The notes beneath the pieces are model-generated. The model saw only the letters and a list, made by a program, of their open reading frames with translations, ran no database searches and had not been told where the DNA came from. Source: an uncultured virus (IMG/VR IMGVR_UViG_3300044729_003472) (Duplodnaviria; Heunggongvirae; Uroviricota; Caudoviricetes). Taken from it: a DNA stretch of 64,000 nucleotides. Positions 27,387 to 36,163 of the stretch are shown here, in pieces; the stretch's first letter is position 1; every line of letters begins with the position of its first letter. Position numbers and translations under genes: made by a program. The DNA lies in the IMG/VR virus record IMGVR_UViG_3300044729_003472; one strand, 5' to 3'.

Positions 27387-27990
27387 CTATCTGATATGTG
27401 CCAGAGATGTCAAAGTGTGCTCCGGATTGCCAGGCACCGGTAGCGGGAGTGTTGAATTTCCAGACCAGGTCTGTGGTGCTGCCAGAATAATACAGTTTCA
27501 TCACTGTGGTGCTGTCTGCGACATCCGTGATGCCGGCGATGTGATACAGGGCCGGGGAACCTGCGCCTGCTGTTTGATGCAAAGTGCCGCCAGCCAGTCT
27601 GAATGTGTTTGCGGCTGGTGCGGGCAAGGTGATCTGATAACCAGTGCTGCCAAAGTTGGTGACTCCTGTGAAATCAAAATACACATGTATGAACATCAAG
27701 GGACCCATACGCACATAAGATGCTGTGGCTGTGCCGCCGGCAAATGTGCCGGATCCATCAGTGAACTGGGGATTGAATACTGTGCTGCTGGTAACGCCAG
27801 ATCCGTATGCTACCAAATTCAAGTTGCCGTTGGTGTTGCCTACATAAAGATTTTGCGTGAGTTGGTCTACCACAAGTTCGCTGGGTCGAGCTACGCCGTT
27901 GTATTCGCCAACAGTTTCTTGTGCGTTGTCTTTCATCACGGCACGACTGATGCCTGTTATGTTGTCGTATGGTGGTGGCGGGTTTGCCAT
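27382..27990 (-). CDS. Putative virion fibre/decoration protein
   Basis: N-terminal ELVVDQLTQNLYVG resembling Mtd-type fibre N-termini; beta-rich C-terminal domain ending ISGTYQI. Confidence 0.5.
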   Translation of the reverse strand: MANPPPPYDNITGISRAVMKDNAQETVGEYNGVARPSELVVDQLTQNLYVGNTNGNLNLVAYGSGVTSSTVFNPQFTDGSGTFAGGTATASYVRMGPLMFIHVYFDFTGVTNFGSTGYQITLPAPAANTFRLAGGTLHQTAGAGSPALYHIAGITDVADSTTVMKLYYSGSTTDLVWKFNTPATGAWQSGAHFDISGTYQIA

Positions 27991-28376
27991 TATCTTGGGT
28001 ATCCTTGAAAGGGTCTGATCGGACTTTGAGTTGTCACAAAGTCAGGTTCTGCACTGTCAGGGGTGCTGACCAACTTTTTCCCGCCCTGGGTATCAGTCAT
28101 AGACAGTGCTGTATCAATCACATCCTCAATGCCAGAATTCATGCCTGATATCACGGCATACTTGCCAAATGCAGCTTCAGCTGACCATTCTGGCATGAAT
28201 GGATTCACATCATCTTTACGATAATCGCTGCGAGCACGAGCAATGGCAACTCCTGTGCGATAGGTACGATAAGGATCACTGGAACTAACACCGGGCAACG
28301 AATATGTATATCGCATGGGCTCAGCAGTTTCGGCTGGTAGCTCACGCTGTTCTTTGATGAACTCTCGGGCTCGCAT
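27990..28376 (-). CDS. Putative internal head protein
   Basis: N-terminus MRAREFIKE; paralog of the next ORF (shared SPI.PF.GY C-terminus). Confidence 0.5.
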   Translation of the reverse strand: MRAREFIKEQRELPAETAEPMRYTYSLPGVSSSDPYRTYRTGVAIARARSDYRKDDVNPFMPEWSAEAAFGKYAVISGMNSGIEDVIDTALSMTDTQGGKKLVSTPDSAEPDFVTTQSPIRPFQGYPR

Positions 28377-28741
28377 CAGTAGCCCCCAAACGGTTTGATA
28401 GGGCTATCAACGTGTGTGGATTTGACTTCTTCTGACTCTAGGTCGCCATTGTTCAAGTCTGTGTACACTGCTCCTGCTGCTCGGAAAGCCTGTTTGAGCA
28501 TGTCTTGTTCAATTTCTGTGTATGGATAAGCGCCTCGTCGTTTGCCTATCCAGGATTTGGCATCCATGTCAATTTCGCTGCCATCACCGTTGGCCATGGC
28601 CACAGCCATCATCACACGATTCAGTGTGTAATCACTATTGGTTTGTTCTCCGTCGCTGAACAAAACTAGACCTTTGGTGGCTGACTGCCTACGATGTCCA
28701 ATTTTGCCATCACGTTCAAAAACAAATTCTTTGGCTCTCAT
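28376..28741 (-). CDS. Putative internal head protein
   Basis: N-terminus MRAKEFVFE; C-terminus SPIKPFGGY. Confidence 0.5.
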   Translation of the reverse strand: MRAKEFVFERDGKIGHRRQSATKGLVLFSDGEQTNSDYTLNRVMMAVAMANGDGSEIDMDAKSWIGKRRGAYPYTEIEQDMLKQAFRAAGAVYTDLNNGDLESEEVKSTHVDSPIKPFGGY

Positions 28742-28750
28742 GTCAATGCA

Positions 28751-29086
28751 TCAAAAACTACCAGTGCCGCGTGATCCTGCCTGTGCCGAACTAGCTGTGC
28801 CTAGTTCCTGCGCAGTGAAATTGGCACCCGCAATGGTTAGCTTGTTGCCTACACCAACATAGATATCTTGACGTGAGTTGGCTGGTACACTCACTGCATT
28901 GCTGTAGATGTTGCCTGCGGAAAAACTGCTTTCAGCGTTGGCAACCACTCCATTGCCAGGTTGAACATAGGTCAACTGCACTGCTTCTACTTGAAAAGTC
29001 ACAGCAGTGTTGCCAGTAGAAATTCTTGCTTTGTCAGTGTACCAGGCTTGATCAGAAACACTGGTGTAAACATTTGCTTGTGCCAT
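28751..29086 (-). CDS. Hypothetical virion protein
   Basis: Beta-rich 111 aa; AAGGA RBS; lies in the structural operon. Confidence 0.55.
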   Translation of the reverse strand: MAQANVYTSVSDQAWYTDKARISTGNTAVTFQVEAVQLTYVQPGNGVVANAESSFSAGNIYSNAVSVPANSRQDIYVGVGNKLTIAGANFTAQELGTASSAQAGSRGTGSF

Positions 29087-29256
29087 TAGTTGTTTTCCTT
29101 GTTAGGCTGAGGTGGCACGTAAGGCTGATACAGATTGCGTGTCTGATCCAGTACTCCAGGGATATCTACCGGAGTCTGTTTCACTGTGGCTGGTGCCGGA
29201 CTGTGCGGATTTTGCTGCACAGGAAAATCTTGATTGTTGTAGGGTCGGTATACCAT
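29086..29256 (-). CDS. Small Pro/Gln-rich hypothetical protein (56 aa, below ORF-track cutoff)
   Basis: AAGGAG RBS; MVYRPYNNQDFPVQQNPHSPAPATVKQTPVDIPGVLDQTRNLYQPYVPPQPNKENN; TAA overlaps the next ATG. Confidence 0.65.
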   Translation of the reverse strand: MVYRPYNNQDFPVQQNPHSPAPATVKQTPVDIPGVLDQTRNLYQPYVPPQPNKENN

Positions 29257-29266
29257 GATATTCTCC

Positions 29267-29950
29267 TTACCAGGCGCGGCAACTCCAGTACCGTGCTTTC
29301 CAGCGCGGTCCAGGATTGTCGCAGTTGTGTCGAGCTCTAAAACTTTTGCGTCGTGCAGGGTTGCTTTTTTTGATTTTCATGGTCTTGTCACCAAAATTGA
29401 CTTTGACCACGTTGCCCTTGGGACCGCGCACATATACCTTGGATTTCTTTACATCACCTGCCATGGGCTTGCCCAAGGAAACTTCGCGTCCTTGATACTT
29501 GGCTTCGTTGCTTTGAGTGCTTTTCCAATCATCAAAGCTGGTGCCAGGCGGTACTTTGAGAAATTTTTTATCTAGTGAAAACTTGTCAAGATCCGACATT
29601 GAACCACGAGAAATAGGAGTGCCTGCATGTCCTTGCTGTGCTCTAAGTCTGCCTTGTTCCAAATCTTGTGTGGTTGCTGTGGCTGGTTTGACTCCGGCCT
29701 GGATATCGTCAAGATCAGCAAATGCAGCCTGCGCTCGCTGACTCAGCGTTGATTGCTCCAACAAACCGTAGCCCTCAAGCACAGACATGGTTTTGTCATC
29801 AGCATGCAATACGATACCATCTTCGGTTTCTTCTAACACGTATGTTTCCAGCAAGAATTCTTCGCGGATGTTGATTGCAAAATCATCACCCGCTACTGGA
29901 TTGTAGAAACTGTGTTCGCTTTCAGCTAGATATTCTTGGAACGATTTCAT
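29267..29950 (-). CDS. Putative internal head protein with basic C-terminal domain
   Basis: N-terminus MKSFQEYLAE; C-terminal KVNFGD..RRKSFRARHNC..ARYWSCRAW. Confidence 0.6.
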   Translation of the reverse strand: MKSFQEYLAESEHSFYNPVAGDDFAINIREEFLLETYVLEETEDGIVLHADDKTMSVLEGYGLLEQSTLSQRAQAAFADLDDIQAGVKPATATTQDLEQGRLRAQQGHAGTPISRGSMSDLDKFSLDKKFLKVPPGTSFDDWKSTQSNEAKYQGREVSLGKPMAGDVKKSKVYVRGPKGNVVKVNFGDKTMKIKKSNPARRKSFRARHNCDNPGPRWKARYWSCRAW

Positions 29951-29957
29951 ATCAGTC

Positions 29958-32351
29958 TCATTTATATTGCCACAAACGTTTCATTTCAGCCAAACTTTCA
30001 CTGAATTCATCTCGTAGAGCGTCATCGTTGTAGACACCATAGCCATCAGTCTTTGATTCATCATTGAAACGCCAGACCATGACATTCTCACCGTCTATAT
30101 AGCCACGCACTTCCATGCCATCATCGCTTTCAACTTCGTTGTCAAAGTGATCTGCTTCAAACTGACCAAAGAAATCATCGCTGCTGGGATAGAATTCTCC
30201 ATCGTCGGCTTGCAGATCTTCCTTGACAGATTGCTTGGCATCATGTGCTGCCTGCTTCATGGGCTCGGTCTTGTTGCCATCATTGTCAAGATCAATATAG
30301 TCAGGCTTGGCTGCTTCTTTGGTAATCGCAGATTGATCGTCCTTGCCAAATCCAATAGTCACGTTACGTGGTCCACCAACACGATCGTCTGGAGAATGAA
30401 TTGGCAAAGGAAGTTTGGATTGATCCGGTGCTTCAGGTTTTTTGGGTGGAGGGAAAGTTGCGCTCACTCTACCTGTTGCAGGATCCTTTTTGATGTCAGG
30501 ACCGGTTGAGTCCATTTCTCCTTCCATGGCAGGTTTTGTGGGATTCTTAATAAAATCTTTCAAGCCCTGCATCACACTCTTGTTGGTATTGTTAGTAGGA
30601 TTGAGCTTTTCTTGTGGGCTCAGTGCGTCCTGTCCAATAGGGTAAGGGTTTGCAGTTTCCTTGATACCAGCACTGGCACGCATGCGACGCAGTTCGTCCT
30701 CGTCTGCACTGTGTACTGCTGTGACAGGCACTGTGGTTTGACCATCGCCGGCCACATCAGTCTTGGGCTTGTTGAGACCGCCTGAATACTGTAGAGCATC
30801 CATGCTGGTTTCTGTGTTGGTGGGCCAGTCTGGCTTGTTTTCGTCTACCATTTCTGAGTTACCGCAACCACACGGACTTGATCCGCAACCGCAGCCAGAA
30901 TCTTGACCGCCTACGCCGGCCATTTTTAACAGTGCTGCTAATTTCATGGCATCTTCGTCAGTGGCTGTCACAGTTAGACTGCGTCCAGGACCACCGTTGC
31001 TGTCACTGTTCATGTTCATGCTGAGGTTCATGCTCTCAGCAATCATGGTCTCTAGCTGACGATTCCAGTTGTCATAGATACCTTTGCCAAATTGGAATCC
31101 ACCCTTGCCGGCTTTGCCGCTGGTGGGAGCTGTGGCCACACTACCTGCTGTGGTAGTTTCTTCCACTTCTTCTTTCTTTTTGCCTTTCTTTTCAGGCAGA
31201 CCTTTGTGCTTGGTCTTGGCAAAATCTTCAACGTCGCCTTTCTTCATGGTCTTTGCTACTTTTTTCAACTCTTTGCTTGCGCCAGGAATCTTTTCGCCTT
31301 TTTGCATGGCATGTGCCATGCCCATGAAACGTTGTTGTCGTCTGCTCAGCGACTTTTCATCAAGCTTTTCCATGTCGTCACTGTCATGACGCTCTTGATC
31401 CATGTAGTCGTTGCTGGTATTGATGAACTCTAGAGCCTTGGTAATCTTGCTCTGTACCCACTCTGGCAGATCTTGATCATCGTCAAGGATGCTGGACAGT
31501 TCCTGCGCTGCCTTGGTCAAGGTGTGCAGTTGGTCCTTGGCCATGTCGCCTTCTTGATCGTATTCGCCTTGATCCATGACATCATCAGCACCTTCATTCT
31601 TGGGTTTTTTGTACACATCAACCGGACCATGCTTGCTACCTTTCTTGGGCAAATGCACTTCATCTGGTGGCGAAGGCAATTGGTCACCTTCGTCCATCTT
31701 GTGCTTGATGCTTTTGCCTTTGAATGACTTGGGAGGCTTGCCCACACCCATGGCCTTTGCCAAGGGATCATCATCATACTTTTTCACAGCACCGGTTTCG
31801 TCACTGCCTTTCTTGGGGCGGCCTCGACCGCGCTTGGCTTCAGGCTGCTTGGCTGATTTTTCATCACCTTCTTCGTCGGTGTCAAACTTGCGACCATAAC
31901 CGCCTGCACCGGCTTTGTGAACAACACCGCGTGCGGTTTTTTCTACAGCTTCGTTTTTGGATTTGCCTGGATGCTTTTTGCCACCCATTTCGTCCTTGCC
32001 AAGGCGACCAGCAATCACATCACCTCTTGTGATTTTGTCGTAGGGTTTGGCATTGTTGGCCAGATTGCCATCATTGCCTTCTTCGCTCAATGCGCCTCTG
32101 ATGTCACCTTTGGCCAATTTCTTTAGTGGACCGCCAATGTCTTTGGCAATCTTTTGACCAACAGTCTTTGGTTCAGCACGACGTGTTGACAAGTTCTTTT
32201 CGGCTTGATCAGCACGTTGTTGTATGCCCATTGAGCGAACCTTTGCATCCATTTCTAATTCTTGCGGATGTGGTTTTCTGTCTTCGTTGAGCTGCTGTGG
32301 ATTATCAGAAATTGCAGCTAGTTTTTTGTTGAGATCGTAAAAAAATGACAT
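29958..32351 (-). CDS. Large low-complexity modular protein, probable head-internal polyprotein
   Basis: Highly charged; AT-hook-like KRGRGRPKK, DUF3008-like segment, DLDNDG motif, many hydrophobic-x-E sites. Confidence 0.6.
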   Translation of the reverse strand: MSFFYDLNKKLAAISDNPQQLNEDRKPHPQELEMDAKVRSMGIQQRADQAEKNLSTRRAEPKTVGQKIAKDIGGPLKKLAKGDIRGALSEEGNDGNLANNAKPYDKITRGDVIAGRLGKDEMGGKKHPGKSKNEAVEKTARGVVHKAGAGGYGRKFDTDEEGDEKSAKQPEAKRGRGRPKKGSDETGAVKKYDDDPLAKAMGVGKPPKSFKGKSIKHKMDEGDQLPSPPDEVHLPKKGSKHGPVDVYKKPKNEGADDVMDQGEYDQEGDMAKDQLHTLTKAAQELSSILDDDQDLPEWVQSKITKALEFINTSNDYMDQERHDSDDMEKLDEKSLSRRQQRFMGMAHAMQKGEKIPGASKELKKVAKTMKKGDVEDFAKTKHKGLPEKKGKKKEEVEETTTAGSVATAPTSGKAGKGGFQFGKGIYDNWNRQLETMIAESMNLSMNMNSDSNGGPGRSLTVTATDEDAMKLAALLKMAGVGGQDSGCGCGSSPCGCGNSEMVDENKPDWPTNTETSMDALQYSGGLNKPKTDVAGDGQTTVPVTAVHSADEDELRRMRASAGIKETANPYPIGQDALSPQEKLNPTNNTNKSVMQGLKDFIKNPTKPAMEGEMDSTGPDIKKDPATGRVSATFPPPKKPEAPDQSKLPLPIHSPDDRVGGPRNVTIGFGKDDQSAITKEAAKPDYIDLDNDGNKTEPMKQAAHDAKQSVKEDLQADDGEFYPSSDDFFGQFEADHFDNEVESDDGMEVRGYIDGENVMVWRFNDESKTDGYGVYNDDALRDEFSESLAEMKRLWQYK

Positions 32352-32352
32352 G

Positions 32353-32961
32353 TTATCCTCTTGGGTTAGCGCCAGTGGCAGGCTTGGGTGGTCGTTTGAT
32401 TGTGGTCATGGGACTCTTGGTACCCAGTGGCAAATCATTTGTGGTCTTGGCTGGCGGTGTCTTTCCACCTGCCACAGTGAAGTCACTGCGATAGGCATTT
32501 TTCAACACAGCATGGTCATAGGGTCCGGTTGCATAATCTTTCTTGAGTGCTCGCTGTTCGCTGTCTGGGGCAGGATATTCTGTATCCTTCAAGAGATCTT
32601 TGTTTTCATCGTCAATCTTGTCTGACTCGTCGCGCAGACTATCTTCGTAACCAACAGTGTTCATCACGATGCGATTGGGATCAAAGCCCATGATCTGAGC
32701 AATCTGTTTGATCTGGGGTTCAATGGCAGGATATCTAAACTCCACATCAACGATGCTCATGCTTTCGTTGGGGAAAGCTGGAAAGTCTGGATTGACTTTT
32801 CGCACTGGTGTGGTCTTGGCATCTGACATTTTGATCACGTCAAACTGCGCCAACTTTTCTTTTAGTTCACGTACAAATCCAGCAGGTACATCACCTACCA
32901 TTTTGATACGATAACTGTAAGTACGTTCAGATTCAGCAAGGTATTTGGCAAATGTTTTCAT
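32353..32961 (-). CDS. Putative internal head/core protein
   Basis: N-terminus MKTFAKYLAE; AATAAATA promoter at 32979-32986 and AGGA RBS. Confidence 0.55.
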   Translation of the reverse strand: MKTFAKYLAESERTYSYRIKMVGDVPAGFVRELKEKLAQFDVIKMSDAKTTPVRKVNPDFPAFPNESMSIVDVEFRYPAIEPQIKQIAQIMGFDPNRIVMNTVGYEDSLRDESDKIDDENKDLLKDTEYPAPDSEQRALKKDYATGPYDHAVLKNAYRSDFTVAGGKTPPAKTTNDLPLGTKSPMTTIKRPPKPATGANPRG

Positions 32962-32981
32962 ATCAGTGTCCTATTCCTTAT

Positions 32982-33482
32982 TTATTCTTTTTCAGCTTTT
33001 TGATCTTTACGGCCCAGGATTCGCTCCAAGAGATCGTTGCGGCTCAACACTACGCCGTTGCCTTGCTGTACAGGCGATACTGCGCCAGCGTCGCCGCGAG
33101 CGGCCTGTTGATCCAAACGCATTTTCTTCAACTGGAGATCAATCATCTTGAGTTTTTTGTCTAGCTTGGCTGTCTTGGCTGTGATGGCATGCCCCAGCAT
33201 GTTGCTGGCCACACCAAATATCTCGCTGGCAAACCTTGAATCCACCTGCATGCCCAGATCCATGAGATCTTTGTAGCTGGCTTCAGCCATGATGGCCAAA
33301 TTATCCATTTCTTGATCTGTGGCCTCTAGCCCGCGCACGCCAGGCAGCGCAGCATCAATCTTGTCAATGGTGGCATCAATTTCCTTCAGAGTCACACGGT
33401 TTTCTGCCAAGTCGGGTATGGCAGCATCAATTTCTTCAGGGCTGGGAGGTAAGTCAAACAACTGTTCAAGTTTACGGGTCAT
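32982..33482 (-). CDS. Probable terminase small subunit (gp16-like)
   Basis: Helical, SRFASEIF..KMIDLQLKK..VLSRNDLL pattern resembling T4-like gp16; next to gp4; GCTAAATA 4 nt before ATG. Confidence 0.55.
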   Translation of the reverse strand: MTRKLEQLFDLPPSPEEIDAAIPDLAENRVTLKEIDATIDKIDAALPGVRGLEATDQEMDNLAIMAEASYKDLMDLGMQVDSRFASEIFGVASNMLGHAITAKTAKLDKKLKMIDLQLKKMRLDQQAARGDAGAVSPVQQGNGVVLSRNDLLERILGRKDQKAEKE

Positions 33483-33496
33483 GCCGTATTTAGCGG

Positions 33497-33928
33497 CTAT
33501 TTGCGCCCGTTTCTAAACATGTCGTCTTCGGTGATGACTCTAAAATGTAGGCCTTGACTGCGGCACCACTTGGTAGCAGCGTCCCATTTGGCATAGTTCA
33601 CGGCCACTGCGGCACGATCACGCACACTCTGTTTGCTTTCAATCACACTTTGTTTTTTGGGTTTGATTTCTATCACTTCGGCTCGCACAGTGTTGTCTTT
33701 GTTGCGATACATGATGAGAAAGTCAGGCACGTAGATGGTCTGTTTGCCAGTGAGTGGATTGCGATAGGGAATGTGTATGCTCTCGCTGGCCCACTGCAAC
33801 ACATGGTCATTGAGATCGCAAAATCTCATGAAGCTGAATTCCCAGCCCGAACGGTAACGTGGAGTGTTCTTACCTACGTATTTGTTGGGGTTGACAATTT
33901 GATAGCTGCCCTGTGCCCACTTGCTCAT
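33497..33928 (-). CDS. Head completion protein (T4 gp4-like, TnsA-type nuclease fold)
   Basis: NPNKYVG, YRSGWE, WASE, YVPDF, IEIKP, NYAKWDAA, FRVITE. Confidence 0.9.
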   Translation of the reverse strand: MSKWAQGSYQIVNPNKYVGKNTPRYRSGWEFSFMRFCDLNDHVLQWASESIHIPYRNPLTGKQTIYVPDFLIMYRNKDNTVRAEVIEIKPKKQSVIESKQSVRDRAAVAVNYAKWDAATKWCRSQGLHFRVITEDDMFRNGRK

Positions 33929-34287
33929 TGCAGTACCAATTGCTGTGCGTAGAAGTTAGGCTGCACTGCAACTTGTACGCCCAACAAGGTGGCACGATTT
34001 CTGATGAGATTGAGATAGTACGCTAGGTTAGCAGTGAGATTGATGCCAGTGCCGTTGTTTTCAAACTCTTGCAGCAACACCAAGGGTGCAATGCGAGTGT
34101 CCTTGGCCACCTGAAACAGACTCACTGTGAAATTGCCGGCAGTGATGTCATTGTCAATCTGGCTTCTAAAATAACTGTATACTAGATCATATTCATTGGC
34201 TGGAATTGACAGTTCGTTACGATAGAACGTGTCAAACACTCTCACGGTTTGATCAATGTTGCGGTTGATTTCGTTGATACTTGCCAT
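33925..34287 (-). CDS. Hypothetical protein
   Basis: Fills the operon between the tube-like gene and gp4, with stop/start overlap. Confidence 0.6.
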   Translation of the reverse strand: MASINEINRNIDQTVRVFDTFYRNELSIPANEYDLVYSYFRSQIDNDITAGNFTVSLFQVAKDTRIAPLVLLQEFENNGTGINLTANLAYYLNLIRNRATLLGVQVAVQPNFYAQQLVLQ

Positions 34288-34292
34288 GTCTA

Positions 34293-35423
34293 TCAGTTGG
34301 TTGGCGGATTGGTGGCTGTGGGGAATACCCGACCACCGTTGTTTCTAATGCCTTGCGACACTGCTTGTGTGCCCAAGCCCAAACTTTCACTGGTAGCAAT
34401 GCTGGCCAAATCAGCACCTTTGAAAGTGTTGTAAGTGGTGCCGGCCTTGAGCGCAGCACCAATCAAGCCAGCCGGACCACCCTGCTGTAGATCTTCCAAG
34501 ATACCGCCACCAGCATCCAACAAACCGCCTTGACCAAAAACGTTGCGTTGTGCGCCTGGTGTGGCCAATGGACTCAGTGTGGTGTCGTAGTGCGCGGGAT
34601 CTGCGAAACCCTGTACATTGATACTGGGACGACTGGTGCCCACTACTGTGTTGTAGTATTTCACTGTCTCATAGGCAATGGTCATGGTGTTTTGCATGGT
34701 ACCACTGCTTTCGTAATAATTGTATGTGTCATGCCCAAATCGTGTGATTATGGGATTTATCAAGATATATGTGGCTGCTTTTTTTTGATCCAACCCATAA
34801 ATTCTTATGTCTTTGAAAAACGGAGGTTTGCCTGATCCGCCTGGAGTCTGGCCATCGTTGAACGCTTCGCCAATGAAACCCCAATCATAGTTGGTCTGTG
34901 TGTGGTCGTATAGATTGCGCGGCCAATTGCCTGACCCTCTTACCTGCACCTGATTGTTGCCTGGACTGCCGTTTATAGCCGGAGCGTTGGTATAGGGCTG
35001 CGTTGCGTCTTTGTAGTAGTATGAGTAATAATTGTACCACAGCAATCTACTGTTGTCGCCAGCGTCGTCGTGAAAAGTTATGGATATTGGTTCGTATTGA
35101 ATCTGTGTCTGCACCAGTCTTTTGCGGTTGTACTGATTCAGTGTTTCGTGTTTGATATTGTACTGAGGCAGTGTGATTGATTTGACAATATAACTTAGAT
35201 TGTAAATGTCACGTGTGGCAAATATACTGTTGAGTGCAGGAATTTCTGTGTTGATGGTAAAACTCACATGATACAAAAATTTGTATCTGGGCTTTAATTC
35301 AAATCCGTTGGTGGTAAAGGTCTTACTTGCGTGAGTATAATCGCGCAAGTAAGACGTTCCAAATAAGCCTTGTGTTATTCCTTCGCCAAGGCCTTGAAAA
35401 GGATTTTGGCCAAAAAAAGGCAC
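34293..35423 (-). CDS. Tail-tube-fold protein (baseplate tube initiator-like)
   Basis: KSITLP, NQYNRKR, YEPISITFHDD, LINPIIT..MTIAYE; adjacent to the tail tube gene. Confidence 0.65.
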   Translation of the reverse strand: MPFFGQNPFQGLGEGITQGLFGTSYLRDYTHASKTFTTNGFELKPRYKFLYHVSFTINTEIPALNSIFATRDIYNLSYIVKSITLPQYNIKHETLNQYNRKRLVQTQIQYEPISITFHDDAGDNSRLLWYNYYSYYYKDATQPYTNAPAINGSPGNNQVQVRGSGNWPRNLYDHTQTNYDWGFIGEAFNDGQTPGGSGKPPFFKDIRIYGLDQKKAATYILINPIITRFGHDTYNYYESSGTMQNTMTIAYETVKYYNTVVGTSRPSINVQGFADPAHYDTTLSPLATPGAQRNVFGQGGLLDAGGGILEDLQQGGPAGLIGAALKAGTTYNTFKGADLASIATSESLGLGTQAVSQGIRNNGGRVFPTATNPPTN

Positions 35424-35426
35424 AGA

Positions 35427-36089
35427 TTAGACGCTGTTGGATGAAGCAACGCCAGTCACAACTGATCCAAGTGCTCGTCCAATATTTAGACCAATACCAA
35501 CACCACTGGTCTGAAGAGCAGCCGCTTGGCTCTGTGCTGCGTTGTCGTAAGCAATGGATAATTCAATAGTCACTGCTTCGTTGCTGCCGTAGTTCATGTC
35601 ACCGTAGTTGGCGCCCTTGAGATAGCAACCATACAGTTCCCATGCTTCTAATACCACAGGAGCTGCTGTGCCGTTGCCGCCGTCCAGGACTTCAATCACT
35701 GTTTTGAATTTGTAATCAATACCAGCAGCAGCCGAAGCCATTTCCAAGAAATCCATCTGCTTCTGAAGCTGTTGTCCCACCAACTTGGATACCGAAGCAG
35801 TGGCATCATCTCTGATGCTGCAGGTGATGTCTGCCCAGGTGGGCTTGCCTGCCAATTTCAAAGTGCTGTTGTAAATGGGCAGCGCAATCTCTTCAAAAGT
35901 GAGATTGGGTCTAGTGATATTGATCACTTGTTTGGTGAGTTCGCTTGTGGGCGAAGTTGTTCCAAAGTTTTCAAAAAACACTCTAAAGCGGTACTTTAGT
36001 TTGGGCATCAACAGGCCCTGGCTGCCGTTGCTTTGATCGCCCGCGGCTGCTATGGGTACTGTCATTCTTTGTAATGATGAAACTGCCAT
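35427..36089 (-). CDS. Tail tube protein (gp19-like)
   Basis: PKLKYRFRV, AGKPTW, WELYGC, IELSIAYD; follows sheath; GGTAAATA at 36108-36115 and GGAG RBS. Confidence 0.85.
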   Translation of the reverse strand: MAVSSLQRMTVPIAAAGDQSNGSQGLLMPKLKYRFRVFFENFGTTSPTSELTKQVINITRPNLTFEEIALPIYNSTLKLAGKPTWADITCSIRDDATASVSKLVGQQLQKQMDFLEMASAAAGIDYKFKTVIEVLDGGNGTAAPVVLEAWELYGCYLKGANYGDMNYGSNEAVTIELSIAYDNAAQSQAAALQTSGVGIGLNIGRALGSVVTGVASSNSV

Positions 36090-36118
36090 TTTGTTCTCCT
36101 ATACTTTTATTTACCTAT

Positions 36119-36146
36119 AATGGTGACCAATTTTTTGGCCACCATT
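36119..36146. terminator. Stem-loop between the sheath and tube genes
   Basis: AATGGTGACCAA-TTTT-TTGGCCACCATT inverted repeat with one mismatch (a G-U pair on the minus strand), followed by a T run on the + strand. Confidence 0.5.
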
Positions 36147-36163
36147 TTTTAGGCTGTTCCTCA

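Noticed and set aside
33497..33928. TnsA-like nuclease as a sign of a Tn7 element
   Set aside because: Motifs and context match T4 gp4 head completion protein; no other transposon genes
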